A stretch of DNA of 30,738 nt, from assembly GCA_014728035.1 (NCBI GenBank), contig WJMJ01000125.1, forward strand, positions 1-30,738. Reading direction: 5' to 3'. The stretch is from Promethearchaeota archaeon (lineage in GTDB: Archaea > Asgardarchaeota > Thorarchaeia > Thorarchaeales > Thorarchaeaceae). Below, piece by piece: positions 18,728 to 27,773 of the stretch. Made by a program: the position numbers and the translations under genes. The notes beneath the pieces are model-generated. The model did no database searches. It was not told where the DNA came from and was given only the letters and a program-made list of their open reading frames with translations. Each line of letters opens with the position of its first letter. Position 1 is the first letter of the stretch.

Positions 18728-20437
18728 TCATAATTCCATATCTACATATCTCACACTATCAGAGCCCGGACGATAGATGATACCTTCACGTTCTAATTCA
18801 ACAACAATATCTTCTACTTGCTCAGGTGATAGTTCCAAATCGTGAGCTTTTTCCTTAAGCATCTCAATCTTCACCTCGGTCAAGTCACGAGTTAAAATTT
18901 TGAGAAGTTCTAAAACTTTCTCAGATGGGGGTAGGGATATATCGATTTCACTGAGTTTCTTGGGATGAGTATCTCCGTTTGCTTTCTCTTCAGATGAAGA
19001 AGCAGCATCACGAGCAGATAGCAAAGCAGCAAGAAGACTCTTCTTATCACTAGCTTGTTCGGATTCGCCAGTCGTTCGCAGGTCGGATAAGCTAACTCCT
19101 TCAGGTTTAGAATCTTGTGAAGAATCAGTTCCTTCTTCAAAGACTGGAAATGGATCTTCATCTGAGAAATCAAAACCAAGCCATGAAGAATCAATATCTT
19201 TGTTTGATGGAGCGCCTTTCAAGAGATGCTCTCGATACTTCTTCTCGATCTTCTGCCTTTGTTTTTCGATATCAGACCCAATACAAGGTATATGTGCTAC
19301 TTGAAGTAAAACGCGTTGACCAGATCCGCGTACTCTTGTATGTGAATCGGTCAAAGCGTATTCAAGAATTCTCAGTAGCGGAGAGATTTTCGATTTTGTT
19401 ATGTCTATATTATCAATCAGAGATTGTTTTACACGCCAGTCCTCGTCTGCAATGACATCATTGACTATTCCAGAAGTGCTGGAGATTCCAGCCTTTCCAA
19501 CAGCTTTTGCAATCAATGTACGTTCATGCCAAGTTCCGTCCTTTAAGAAAACTGAAAGGTATCGTACTGTTTTTTTCTCTGTGATGCCACAAATATATTG
19601 CAAAATGTCACGCTTCTTGTCTGCGGCTTCTTTCACTAGTAATCTAATGAGTTTCCTTCGAGACTTGAGCGGGAAAGAAGCAAGACTCTGAATAGCACCA
19701 AGAGGAAAAGTTTCAACATTTCCTGTAATTCGTTCTTTGACCCACTTATAACCTGCATTGCCAAATTTGGCCATTATTCCAACAACAGTAGCCTCATGTT
19801 CTCTCCCAAGCGATTCAAGTGATGAGATCCAATTTTTTCGCTCACTGTTCGACTGAGGAGGCCCGACAGCACTAAACATCTCATCAATAACCTGAAGAAC
19901 CTGTTCACGTTCTGCGGGATTAATCTCATCCATCCGCTTGAATAAATCCTCAGTGTAAACACCAAAAACGTTCTTTCCGGCCATTCTGAATAATGAACGT
20001 TTCAAAGTTGGATCTGCTGTATCAAGAAGATCCATTGCTTTTGGTAAGAGACTCCTTGAATAATCATAGACATTCATTTTGCCAGCCGCAGTATACATCA
20101 TTTTAGGGTCAGCAGCATCCAGAGAGAGTGAGAATCTTCGTATTTCGCTCAGCTTTTTCTGTTCCAATTTTTGAAGGTCGGTCAATTCTTTTCTTTCTTT
20201 TTTTGTCCTAGTTGTTTTTGGTTTTCTCTTCGATTTGGAACTTTCAGATAATTTTTTAGCAGCTTTTACAATTTTCTTTGCTGTTGCGGATCCTACCCCG
20301 TCAACTGATTCAGCAAGCTTCTTGGGTTCAGCTTCAGAGAGTTTTTCTACAGAATCAATACCTTCTGACTTCAACTTCTTCTTGAGTGCCGGTCCTATAC
20401 CAGATATGTCACTTAGGTCCATCTCTTTTTTACTCAA
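18728..20437 (-). CDS. HhH + HEAT-repeat + C-terminal winged-helix protein
   Basis: LSDISGIGPALKKKL and VDGVGSATAKKI (two HhH). HEAT-like DGTWHERTLIAKAVG, DEDWRVKQ and DSHTRVR. Tail EQVEDIVVELEREGIIYRP resembles MCM/RPA C-terminal WH. Confidence 0.75.
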   Translation of the reverse strand: MSKKEMDLSDISGIGPALKKKLKSEGIDSVEKLSEAEPKKLAESVDGVGSATAKKIVKAAKKLSESSKSKRKPKTTRTKKERKELTDLQKLEQKKLSEIRRFSLSLDAADPKMMYTAAGKMNVYDYSRSLLPKAMDLLDTADPTLKRSLFRMAGKNVFGVYTEDLFKRMDEINPAEREQVLQVIDEMFSAVGPPQSNSERKNWISSLESLGREHEATVVGIMAKFGNAGYKWVKERITGNVETFPLGAIQSLASFPLKSRRKLIRLLVKEAADKKRDILQYICGITEKKTVRYLSVFLKDGTWHERTLIAKAVGKAGISSTSGIVNDVIADEDWRVKQSLIDNIDITKSKISPLLRILEYALTDSHTRVRGSGQRVLLQVAHIPCIGSDIEKQRQKIEKKYREHLLKGAPSNKDIDSSWLGFDFSDEDPFPVFEEGTDSSQDSKPEGVSLSDLRTTGESEQASDKKSLLAALLSARDAASSSEEKANGDTHPKKLSEIDISLPPSEKVLELLKILTRDLTEVKIEMLKEKAHDLELSPEQVEDIVVELEREGIIYRPGSDSVRYVDMEL

Positions 20438-20521
20438 GAAACAACGCTCCTTATTGATTCATTCTTCCCTCTAGTAGTGTGTTAATTCTTTCTCATCTTA
20501 TTTCTTCTTCGGTGATTACTA

Positions 20522-21298
20522 CTATTCATCGCTATCGTCATCCGAAACAGGTTCACCATCTAATGTCAATTGTTGTGTTTCCTGTATATCAGGCAACGTT
20601 TCTACATCAAGTTCAAGTTCTACAAGCATGTGTTCATATTTTTCTAGAATCTCTTTTGCAATTGGATCTGAAGCCTTGACCTTCACTCTAGTCACTTCAA
20701 GGTCTCTCAACAGCAGCTTTCCATATTTTGAACGTAAAAGCTTGCTCAATGAATATTCTCCATCTTTTTCTACAGGAAAGGCATCCTTAAATTTTTCAAT
20801 TCGTTTATCTTTTAATTTCGGAGTCAAATATCCAAAACCATCTCGTTTCAGACCCGATTCCGTAAGAAAATCAATATCGCCTTTTTCAATCATCGTGTTG
20901 ACTATTTTAGCACAATGATTTCTAACCTCACGCCGACCATCCTTGAAAGATTTTTCTTTGCAAAGAATCGTCAATATATCTTCTGTAGGAAGGTCAAGTG
21001 CTAAACTGAATGAGAGAATATCAAGAGAAGCAAATATTCCATCTCTAAATAAGATTAAAGCACCTGAAAGGTCATATTCTTGATTTTCTTTCTCCCAGTA
21101 CTTGTCAATAACTTTGTAAATCCTATGAAGAGGGTATTGCTTCTTATCCGACCAATAACCTTCCATAGTTGTCTGAAAACCAGCAATATCTCCTCTTTTG
21201 CTCCTCTCATATAGCTCTAGGGCAAATTTCGACTTTTTGGTTTTCTTTTTAGACAGGTTAATCATCCTCCGAACTGCTGATACAGTCTTAATGCACAT
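20522..21298 (-). CDS. Hypothetical protein, homologous to the N-terminal domain of 26057..27433
   Basis: 258-aa ORF (true start probably near 21265) with shared blocks described in the findings; acidic tail containing QQLTLDG. Confidence 0.75.
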   Translation of the reverse strand: MCIKTVSAVRRMINLSKKKTKKSKFALELYERSKRGDIAGFQTTMEGYWSDKKQYPLHRIYKVIDKYWEKENQEYDLSGALILFRDGIFASLDILSFSLALDLPTEDILTILCKEKSFKDGRREVRNHCAKIVNTMIEKGDIDFLTESGLKRDGFGYLTPKLKDKRIEKFKDAFPVEKDGEYSLSKLLRSKYGKLLLRDLEVTRVKVKASDPIAKEILEKYEHMLVELELDVETLPDIQETQQLTLDGEPVSDDDSDE

Positions 21299-21367
21299 TC
21301 ATTTATCATAGGTTGTATTGCTCAGGTAAATAAACCAATGTGCTACGGAATATTTAAGAAAAAGAGA

Positions 21368-21387
21368 GAGAACCCCTGGGGGTTCTC
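21368..21387 (-). terminator. GC hairpin followed by T-rich tract after the 827-aa surface protein gene
   Basis: GAGAACCC-CTGG-GGGTTCTC; on the minus strand it is followed by TCTCTTTTTCTT. Confidence 0.6.
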
Positions 21388-21403
21388 AAAATGTTTTCAA
21401 TTA

Positions 21404-23887
21404 TTATTTTCTTTTCTTGGCAATAATTGCGATAATTATCACAACACCGAGAATAGCAATAATAATCAACAACGTATTCAAATCAATTGGGAATTCTGAT
21501 GTGGGTGACGGATTCACAACAACAATAACTGAATCAGTTGCTTCATATCCAGCAATATCAAAGACAGTTATTTCAACGATATGAGTCCCGACCTCGAGAC
21601 TATCAAGATTGAATTCTACCTGTCCTCCATTCCAAATCTCATCAACCGTACTACTACCATTAAGTGTAATCGAGTAGGTACCAGGAGAGTTACCTGTTGG
21701 ATTCCAGATTAGGCTATTACCTGTTTCTCCAGAAGTAAATTCTACATCTGATGGGCTATCAATATGAATCCGCATTAAATATGCCAATTGATTAACCCAT
21801 ATCTCATAGGCATCGGTGTATCCTGAATCATCAGCATCTCCCTGAAGGTAATCTTGTAGATACGAATTGTATAATGTTCTACCATTGTTACCTATCAATA
21901 GAGTTGTTTCGTTTTCTTGTTGACTAGCGCTATGACCAGCAATTGCTACTCCATCGATAACGTGGAGCAAATCACCTTTATCAGCGAAAAATCCAAGCTC
22001 ATCAAAAGTTGTTGTTTCAAACTCAAATGGTTTATTGAATATTGGATGACTTTCATCCCAGATATAAAGGGGATCACTTGATAAAATATCATTTGCATAT
22101 GCAAATCCAAGAGTTTCCCATAGCGGATGTTCAGGTGCTGAATCTACGTTATAATATGACATCAATAAATGCCCCCCATTAATAACGTAGTCATTAGTCA
22201 AATTCAGAATCGATTCTGGGAGAGAAAAGTTTGGCGCTTCGACAATGACCAAATCCCAATCTTGTTGTTGGAATGATAGGTTATATGCACCGGATGTGGT
22301 AACAAGCTCGAAACTTACCCCAAATTCATTGATTGCACGGACACAATAACTTGTGTAATAGTTAGGTACTGCATAATTAGTAAATACAAGAATATTTGCA
22401 TCAGCTGCCGTAAGCCAACCGACCGATTCGATTGCAAGGTGGATATTGTTGACAGTGGTTAGACGGACGTCGTCAACCCAGTTCATATCGGCACCAACAA
22501 TAATTCTTCCATTTCCAATTTCTTGAGCAGCATAAACTGCACTGCCGTTCAATGTTGCTAAAGGTTCCGCAGTTCCTGTTAAATTCAAGTATCCAAAAGT
22601 AGCAAATTCAACGGTAACTGCATTTTCAGTAGCTAAATGTGGTGTGATATTGACTTGGTGAGTACCTGATACATCAATATCTGAGGCGATTTGAATGTCG
22701 GTGAAGCTCAATAGCTGATTAAGCTGGTCATGCGGGATTATAAATGAAGAAAATATGTTCGATTCACCCAATACCCACAAAGAACCCCCATCGTTTACAT
22801 AGTCTTCAACAGCAGTTCTCTCAGAGGCGGTGTAGTTAAGGTCTGGGCATATCTCAATTATTAGGTCGAATACTTCAAGTCGATTTAAGGTTAGATTTCC
22901 TGAAGAAGAAGGATATAACTTCTCTACAGTATAATCGAGAGCAACAAGAGTATCTCTAAGAGGTTCATAGAAACCTGGAAATGTTGTAAATTCATCATCC
23001 CAGTCATCAATTCCTAATCTTGGTTGATGAGTATAATCAAATGCAATTCTGGCCTTCGGTCTGGGGCAAAGCCAATTTATCGAATCTTCTACCAATTCAG
23101 TCATATCACCTGGAAAAATCTCCATATCACCGGGTATCTGAACCACTCGTCCACCACCTCGATTTAATGGATCCATAGCTAGAATTGAAACCCAATCGAC
23201 TGTAGAAAGAGGTGAACCGAGATAGGTAAAATCAGCATGATTAAGCAATGCATTAAGAACGGTCGTATTGAAAGCACCCCAGGAGATACCTCCTCCGGAT
23301 GTTGTATTGATTTGGTCATTAACCGCATAGCTTTGTGTTACAGGATGTAATTCGTCAATGACATGCAATGGTTGACTAATATAAGTCCAAACATCATCAT
23401 ACAGTTCATCTCCTACATAAGTATCAGAGATTATCCCAGAATACACAAGATATCCTATGACACTATCAACACTTAGAATAGATCCTCCGCCAAGCCAATA
23501 CTCTTTGACTAGATTCACAGTATTCTCTCGTGGCAAGACATCAGGAATTACAAACACGTCATAAGCTGAAGGTTGCAATTCATGATTTAGGATATCATCA
23601 TTATCAACTAAAGTTATACTAAATCCAAGGTTTTGAAGTACAGTGTACATAGCACTATAATTTGCTTGGTCGGCAATAGAAATGTAACTTGGTTTTGTCG
23701 AATTCAGTTCACTATAAAGCGCGACCCTAACATCTCTCTCAATTTGAGATGAAATAAAAGGATTATCAGGGCGTGCTGATATTTCTGTTATTTGTTTATT
23801 TTTTGATATCGATTGGTTGGAAACCATGGGTGCAACCATGGTGCAAACCAAAATTGTAATCGCGAATAGAGAAACAATTCTTTTCAT
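21404..23887 (-). CDS. Large surface protein: three GATase-like/GIFT (GldG/IFT52, DUF4350-like) domains, Ig-like domain, C-terminal TM anchor
   Basis: Signal peptide. Three repeats of a 'D(L/V)hhh..Y..GGxhh' pattern (YWLGGGSIL, YVNDGGSLW, YVINGGHLL). LEVGTHIVEITVFD is Ig-like. TM helix plus KKRK tail. Confidence 0.75.
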   Translation of the reverse strand: MKRIVSLFAITILVCTMVAPMVSNQSISKNKQITEISARPDNPFISSQIERDVRVALYSELNSTKPSYISIADQANYSAMYTVLQNLGFSITLVDNDDILNHELQPSAYDVFVIPDVLPRENTVNLVKEYWLGGGSILSVDSVIGYLVYSGIISDTYVGDELYDDVWTYISQPLHVIDELHPVTQSYAVNDQINTTSGGGISWGAFNTTVLNALLNHADFTYLGSPLSTVDWVSILAMDPLNRGGGRVVQIPGDMEIFPGDMTELVEDSINWLCPRPKARIAFDYTHQPRLGIDDWDDEFTTFPGFYEPLRDTLVALDYTVEKLYPSSSGNLTLNRLEVFDLIIEICPDLNYTASERTAVEDYVNDGGSLWVLGESNIFSSFIIPHDQLNQLLSFTDIQIASDIDVSGTHQVNITPHLATENAVTVEFATFGYLNLTGTAEPLATLNGSAVYAAQEIGNGRIIVGADMNWVDDVRLTTVNNIHLAIESVGWLTAADANILVFTNYAVPNYYTSYCVRAINEFGVSFELVTTSGAYNLSFQQQDWDLVIVEAPNFSLPESILNLTNDYVINGGHLLMSYYNVDSAPEHPLWETLGFAYANDILSSDPLYIWDESHPIFNKPFEFETTTFDELGFFADKGDLLHVIDGVAIAGHSASQQENETTLLIGNNGRTLYNSYLQDYLQGDADDSGYTDAYEIWVNQLAYLMRIHIDSPSDVEFTSGETGNSLIWNPTGNSPGTYSITLNGSSTVDEIWNGGQVEFNLDSLEVGTHIVEITVFDIAGYEATDSVIVVVNPSPTSEFPIDLNTLLIIIAILGVVIIIAIIAKKRK

Positions 23888-23963
23888 GTCTCCACCTTAA
23901 CTGATTGTTAGAATAATTACTGATAAATCTAACGAACTTATTGAGATGAAAATAGGCAGAGAT

Positions 23964-24575
23964 TTATCTTTTCAAAGCTTCTTCTACTTCCTTTTTCTCT
24001 TTCTGTAGCTCTCTGCTCTCTCTAATTAATCTAGTAAGAGAACTTCGATAATAATCCTCAGATATTTTCTTTCTTGAAAAATCTCTTTCCAAAGCATCAC
24101 GTTCTCGCTTAAGTTGAACCAGACGACTTTCAACTGATCGTTTTTTTACTATTAGCATCACTCGTTTTCTTTCTGGAGGTGTTCCATCAGGCACTAGGGA
24201 GGGAGGTTCAGATTTTAAGTCAATTCCTGCTTCTCTAAGCTCACGTTTTGCAGGACTGACCAAACGATTTGGATCTTTCCTTGCACCATATGTTGGTTTC
24301 ATAGTAGATTTCTTTGAAGGATGTTTAGAAATACTCTCAGTTTTTTTCTTTGGGATATCTTTGCTTCTTATCACTTTGTCCCGCGTCTTGTGAGATTTTG
24401 AAGTTACAGATTTTGGTTCTCGCCCCCTGATAGATTCAGAGGAATCTTTACTACTACTGGCTTCAGACATATCCTTCATACAACATTTCAGAATCCTACC
24501 CTCATTTTTTGCTAACTTAGCAAGATATGCTTTGTATCTCTTAAGACGTTCTTGCGGTGTAAGATCATCTGACAT
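23964..24575 (-). CDS. Basic low-complexity protein with C-terminal coiled coil (SHOCT-like)
   Basis: Lys/Ser-rich middle region; LERDFSRKKISEDYYRSSLTRL helical hairpin. Confidence 0.7.
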   Translation of the reverse strand: MSDDLTPQERLKRYKAYLAKLAKNEGRILKCCMKDMSEASSSKDSSESIRGREPKSVTSKSHKTRDKVIRSKDIPKKKTESISKHPSKKSTMKPTYGARKDPNRLVSPAKRELREAGIDLKSEPPSLVPDGTPPERKRVMLIVKKRSVESRLVQLKRERDALERDFSRKKISEDYYRSSLTRLIRESRELQKEKKEVEEALKR

Positions 24576-24752
24576 GTATCACTCACGGTCCATCAATTGC
24601 TATTTCCACCTAGAAGAAAGAGTGGATAGAATCCCCTTGAAGATCTAACATCTAATCTGGATAATCTTTTATTAAGAGTATTCTGCGCAAGTGAATCAGT
24701 TGCTTTCCATTTTTTGGTATTATTTGTTTTTAATATACAGTTTTCAATTCTA

Positions 24753-25307
24753 TTAGGTCATGGAACCAGGATCTAGAGAGAATAATCGTCGAATTAGATT
24801 TCCAACACTTAGACTTGCCAGGAAATACCAAGGCCAGAAGTAGAGACCAAAACCGGAACCTGGTACATTTGTACCTAGCCAACCTTCAAGAAATGGAAGT
24901 GCATCTTGTGGATTAAATGGAAGGATTGCTACGGGTTGTAGACCATAGAGGCCTGAAAGAAAATAATAGATAGCCAAAAAAGGAAGATAGAATATTAACA
25001 TTGGTTTGCAGCGAGAACCCATCATTTCAGTCTGTATTCTTAGAATTCTTTGCTGTTCAGCCATGACCTCTTCAAGTAGAATAGGATCCATGGTTTTTCT
25101 TGCTTCATTATACTTGTTTCTCCATTCTTTCACTTGTTCCATCTTTTCTTGCATTTCTTCAAGATCAGTGAGTTTTGCAGTAATAATAGAAGAAACGAGA
25201 GCCAAAGCCATTCCAACAATAATGACAAAAAGTGCAGAAAAGGGCATTGTAGTGATTAGTGACAAACCATCTGTGATGCTTTGTGCCAGAGATGAAAAGA
25301 GGTCCAT
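24753..25307 (-). CDS. EMC3/TMCO1 (DUF106, Oxa1 superfamily) membrane protein insertase
   Basis: TM1, cytosolic coiled coil, KPML..LPFL and FWPWYFLASL motifs. ATG at 25307 preferred over 25325. Confidence 0.85.
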   Translation of the reverse strand: MDLFSSLAQSITDGLSLITTMPFSALFVIIVGMALALVSSIITAKLTDLEEMQEKMEQVKEWRNKYNEARKTMDPILLEEVMAEQQRILRIQTEMMGSRCKPMLIFYLPFLAIYYFLSGLYGLQPVAILPFNPQDALPFLEGWLGTNVPGSGFGLYFWPWYFLASLSVGNLIRRLFSLDPGSMT

Positions 25308-25407
25308 ATAACATCCACTATTCACAATGGCAATAATTGTGGGTATTAAGCATTATCTTTTGTGTTTTTTATGATCTAGACTTCTTTTTTCAAGTTCCTC
25401 TTCATCA

Positions 25408-25660
25408 GTAAACGTTTGAGAGTTAGCTGATGTTTTAGCTGATTGGTACTAGTAAACGCTTATCGATTCGCGCCACGTTAGTATTACTGTAATAATATCT
25501 CAGTGTTACAAAATTATTGAGATTGTAAAATCAAGCTAAATGGTTGTGTTTTGTGCAATATTGGACAGATATATTTCCTTTTTGTGTAGTATCAATCCTT
25601 CCCTTAAAACAAACGTTTACTCTGTCAGACCTATAGGGTTTATATTGGAGTAACGTTTAC
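25408..25660. promoter_or_regulatory. Four GTAAACG(T/C) sites plus a TTTATAT box in a divergent promoter region
   Basis: Sites at 25408 and 25452 (+) and at 25612-25620 and 25652-25660 (-). The last two flank TTTATAT at 25639-25645. Confidence 0.6.
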
Positions 25661-25694
25661 TTTCATTAGTCAGCCGCCGGGAGGCAGACAACAT

Positions 25695-25964
25695 ATGATG
25701 ATGTTCAAGCGAATGTTAAGAAGACAGGGTTTTTACCGTGTCAAAAACCAAGATGAGCCAGTCTACATGAAGCACAATGTAGGTATAGGTGGAATGTATG
25801 TTACTATTGCAAAGAAGAAAGCTCAGATTCGAGTTAGAGATCTTTCAATTGATGAAGAATTTTCCAGGGTTAAAAGACTAGAAGATTTCATCGTTGAATT
25901 GGAGGATGAAGCATATCAAAAGAAATGCGTAATAGTTAACAAGATGCGAGGAACTGGTTCCTGA
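25695..25964 (+). CDS. Small hypothetical protein
   Basis: 89 aa with GGAGG RBS, upstream TATA box and downstream hairpin. Confidence 0.75.
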   Translation: MMMFKRMLRRQGFYRVKNQDEPVYMKHNVGIGGMYVTIAKKKAQIRVRDLSIDEEFSRVKRLEDFIVELEDEAYQKKCVIVNKMRGTGS

Positions 25965-26002
25965 GCATTGGAATTGGACGGAGACAGAAAAAGAAGAGAG
26001 AT

Positions 26003-26029
26003 TGTAGGTAACCGCTATGGGCACCTACA
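26003..26029 (+). terminator. Hairpin after the 89-aa gene
   Basis: TGTAGGT/ACCTACA stem followed by a pyrimidine-rich tract. Confidence 0.4.
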
Positions 26030-26056
26030 TTAGTCTCCTCCTATTCTTATTTTCTG

Positions 26057-27433
26057 ATGATATTGAAGAAATTAGAATATTTTTTGAAACATGTCTATAT
26101 ACAAGATTACGTTCGCAGCTCTACAGTATTACAAGAGGTCTTCAAGACAAATCTTGTAGAAGAATTTTCGCTGGAATTGCAGAATAGATACAAGCAATTT
26201 GAACAGACATTATCAATTCGAAATCATGTTGCATTCTTTCTCAATATGACACCTGCATATTTTGCCCTGAAACTACCTTCGCATGAAATCTTATCATTAG
26301 TTGACAGACAAGCACAAGACATACCTTTAGAATCCATAATCCTAAATTGTATTCACGAGTATCTCACACATGATGAAGACATAGTTTCTACCTGTAATTT
26401 TGATATCACATTATTAAGCAGTACACAATACGCTCGACTTGTTCCAGATTTAATCTTGAAACGAATGGACAAATTACGCAATTGCAAAATTCCATTTATA
26501 GAAAAATCCAATGCTGAGAGAACAATCTATGGTATCAGTGATTTTACGAGAACATCTTTTGGTAGACGGATACTATTAGCTCTAGAAATATCTCCAACAT
26601 CTGTATCAATTTCCAAGAAAAACTGGATTCGTATCGCTAAAGCTCTTGAATCATTAGAGATTCAACCAGATGAAATGCTTATCGAAAAGACACAAGATGA
26701 ATGGTTTCAATATTTAGATACACTTTCAGAAAGAAAAGAACCGATTTTCGAGGAGTGTGTTACTCTTAATCACACATATGATCAAATCACATTACTTGAA
26801 TCCCCAAATCAGAATATCAGACTAAAAGCATTGGAAAATCTTGAACATATTGAATGCATAGGACATATGTATCAAATGAGAAAAATTGTTGCCGAGGGAA
26901 GTATTAAACAACAACAGAAAGCTATCTCTATCATAGCTTTGACAGGTCTTCCATGGGTTGCAAATTATCTAACAAAATTACTACAAACTGGGAGAGGAGA
27001 AATAAGAAAAGCAGCAGCGAAGGCATTATCTGAATATTCATCTAAATCATTTACCAAAGGAATAAGAGACCTATCAAGTCAAAAAGAACAACTAGTGAAA
27101 GTTGGATTATTCTATTCACTATATGGGAAAGAATTGAATTTGGAAAGATTAGATTTTCTAGCAAGTCATAAGAATCCTCTAGTCAGATTAGAGGTGACCA
27201 AATCTGTGACATCAAGTGCGGTGAAAGAATTCAAACCAATTATTCGTAAACTCTTACTTGATAAAGAACGAAGAATCAGATTACAACTGGCTGAACAAAT
27301 TCATTCTATGGAGGAGGAAAATGCAAGAATGGCAATTGAAACTCTTCAACATGATCCAGATATTGAAGTTAGAGAAACTGCATTAAAGAATGCAGAGAAA
27401 CGTTGGAGAGAAGAGGAGGGTCTCAGCAGGTAA
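26057..27433 (+). CDS. HEAT-repeat protein with uncharacterised N-terminal domain
   Basis: SPNQNIRLKALENL, GEIRKAAAKAL, KNPLVRLEVT, DKERRIRLQLA and DPDIEVRETA HEAT-like repeats. Confidence 0.8.
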   Translation: MILKKLEYFLKHVYIQDYVRSSTVLQEVFKTNLVEEFSLELQNRYKQFEQTLSIRNHVAFFLNMTPAYFALKLPSHEILSLVDRQAQDIPLESIILNCIHEYLTHDEDIVSTCNFDITLLSSTQYARLVPDLILKRMDKLRNCKIPFIEKSNAERTIYGISDFTRTSFGRRILLALEISPTSVSISKKNWIRIAKALESLEIQPDEMLIEKTQDEWFQYLDTLSERKEPIFEECVTLNHTYDQITLLESPNQNIRLKALENLEHIECIGHMYQMRKIVAEGSIKQQQKAISIIALTGLPWVANYLTKLLQTGRGEIRKAAAKALSEYSSKSFTKGIRDLSSQKEQLVKVGLFYSLYGKELNLERLDFLASHKNPLVRLEVTKSVTSSAVKEFKPIIRKLLLDKERRIRLQLAEQIHSMEEENARMAIETLQHDPDIEVRETALKNAEKRWREEEGLSR

Positions 27434-27436
27434 AAC

Positions 27437-27652
27437 CTACTTCGTTTTTTTGAATTCTAGAGATTCTCGATTTGCATGGTCCCCTGTTGCACACCAAGAA
27501 TCATCGTTGTATGTAATCGGTCTATTGAGACCCTCTGGATGCTCTGAGCACCCCACCCATTTGCCTTCGTGCCACATAATCTTTGTATGTGTATCCGAAC
27601 TCCGGAGGTTTACACGTTCTTTCAGTGATGTTCTAGTCAGCCAATGTGTCAA
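27437..27652 (-). CDS. Small hypothetical protein (possible Cys/His metal site)
   Basis: 71 aa, TTG start, fills the gap between genes. CSEH..CATGDH. Upstream TTTATA box and repeats. Confidence 0.45.
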   Translation of the reverse strand: MTHWLTRTSLKERVNLRSSDTHTKIMWHEGKWVGCSEHPEGLNRPITYNDDSWCATGDHANRESLEFKKTK

Positions 27653-27659
27653 TATTTGA

Positions 27660-27737
27660 GATTATCGCAATATTGCCGGGAGGCTTTGCGATATACACAA
27701 TATTGTATTTTCTACATAGGATTATCGCAATATAAAG
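27660..27737. promoter_or_regulatory. Operator-like direct/inverted repeat with minus-strand TATA box
   Basis: GATTATCGCAATAT at 27660 and 27720; inverted core TTGCGATA at 27686; TATAAAG at 27731-27737. Confidence 0.55.
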
Positions 27738-27773
27738 GTTTTTGACACAAAAGATTTTCGGAAAACTCGACAA

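Noticed and set aside
18728-20437. RadA or MCM call from terminal domains
   Set aside because: No Walker motifs; only the accessory HhH and WH domains resemble them.
25962-26033. Selenocysteine readthrough of the TGA ending the 89-aa ORF
   Set aside because: No redox motif around the TGA, and the downstream hairpin lacks a recognisable SECIS core.
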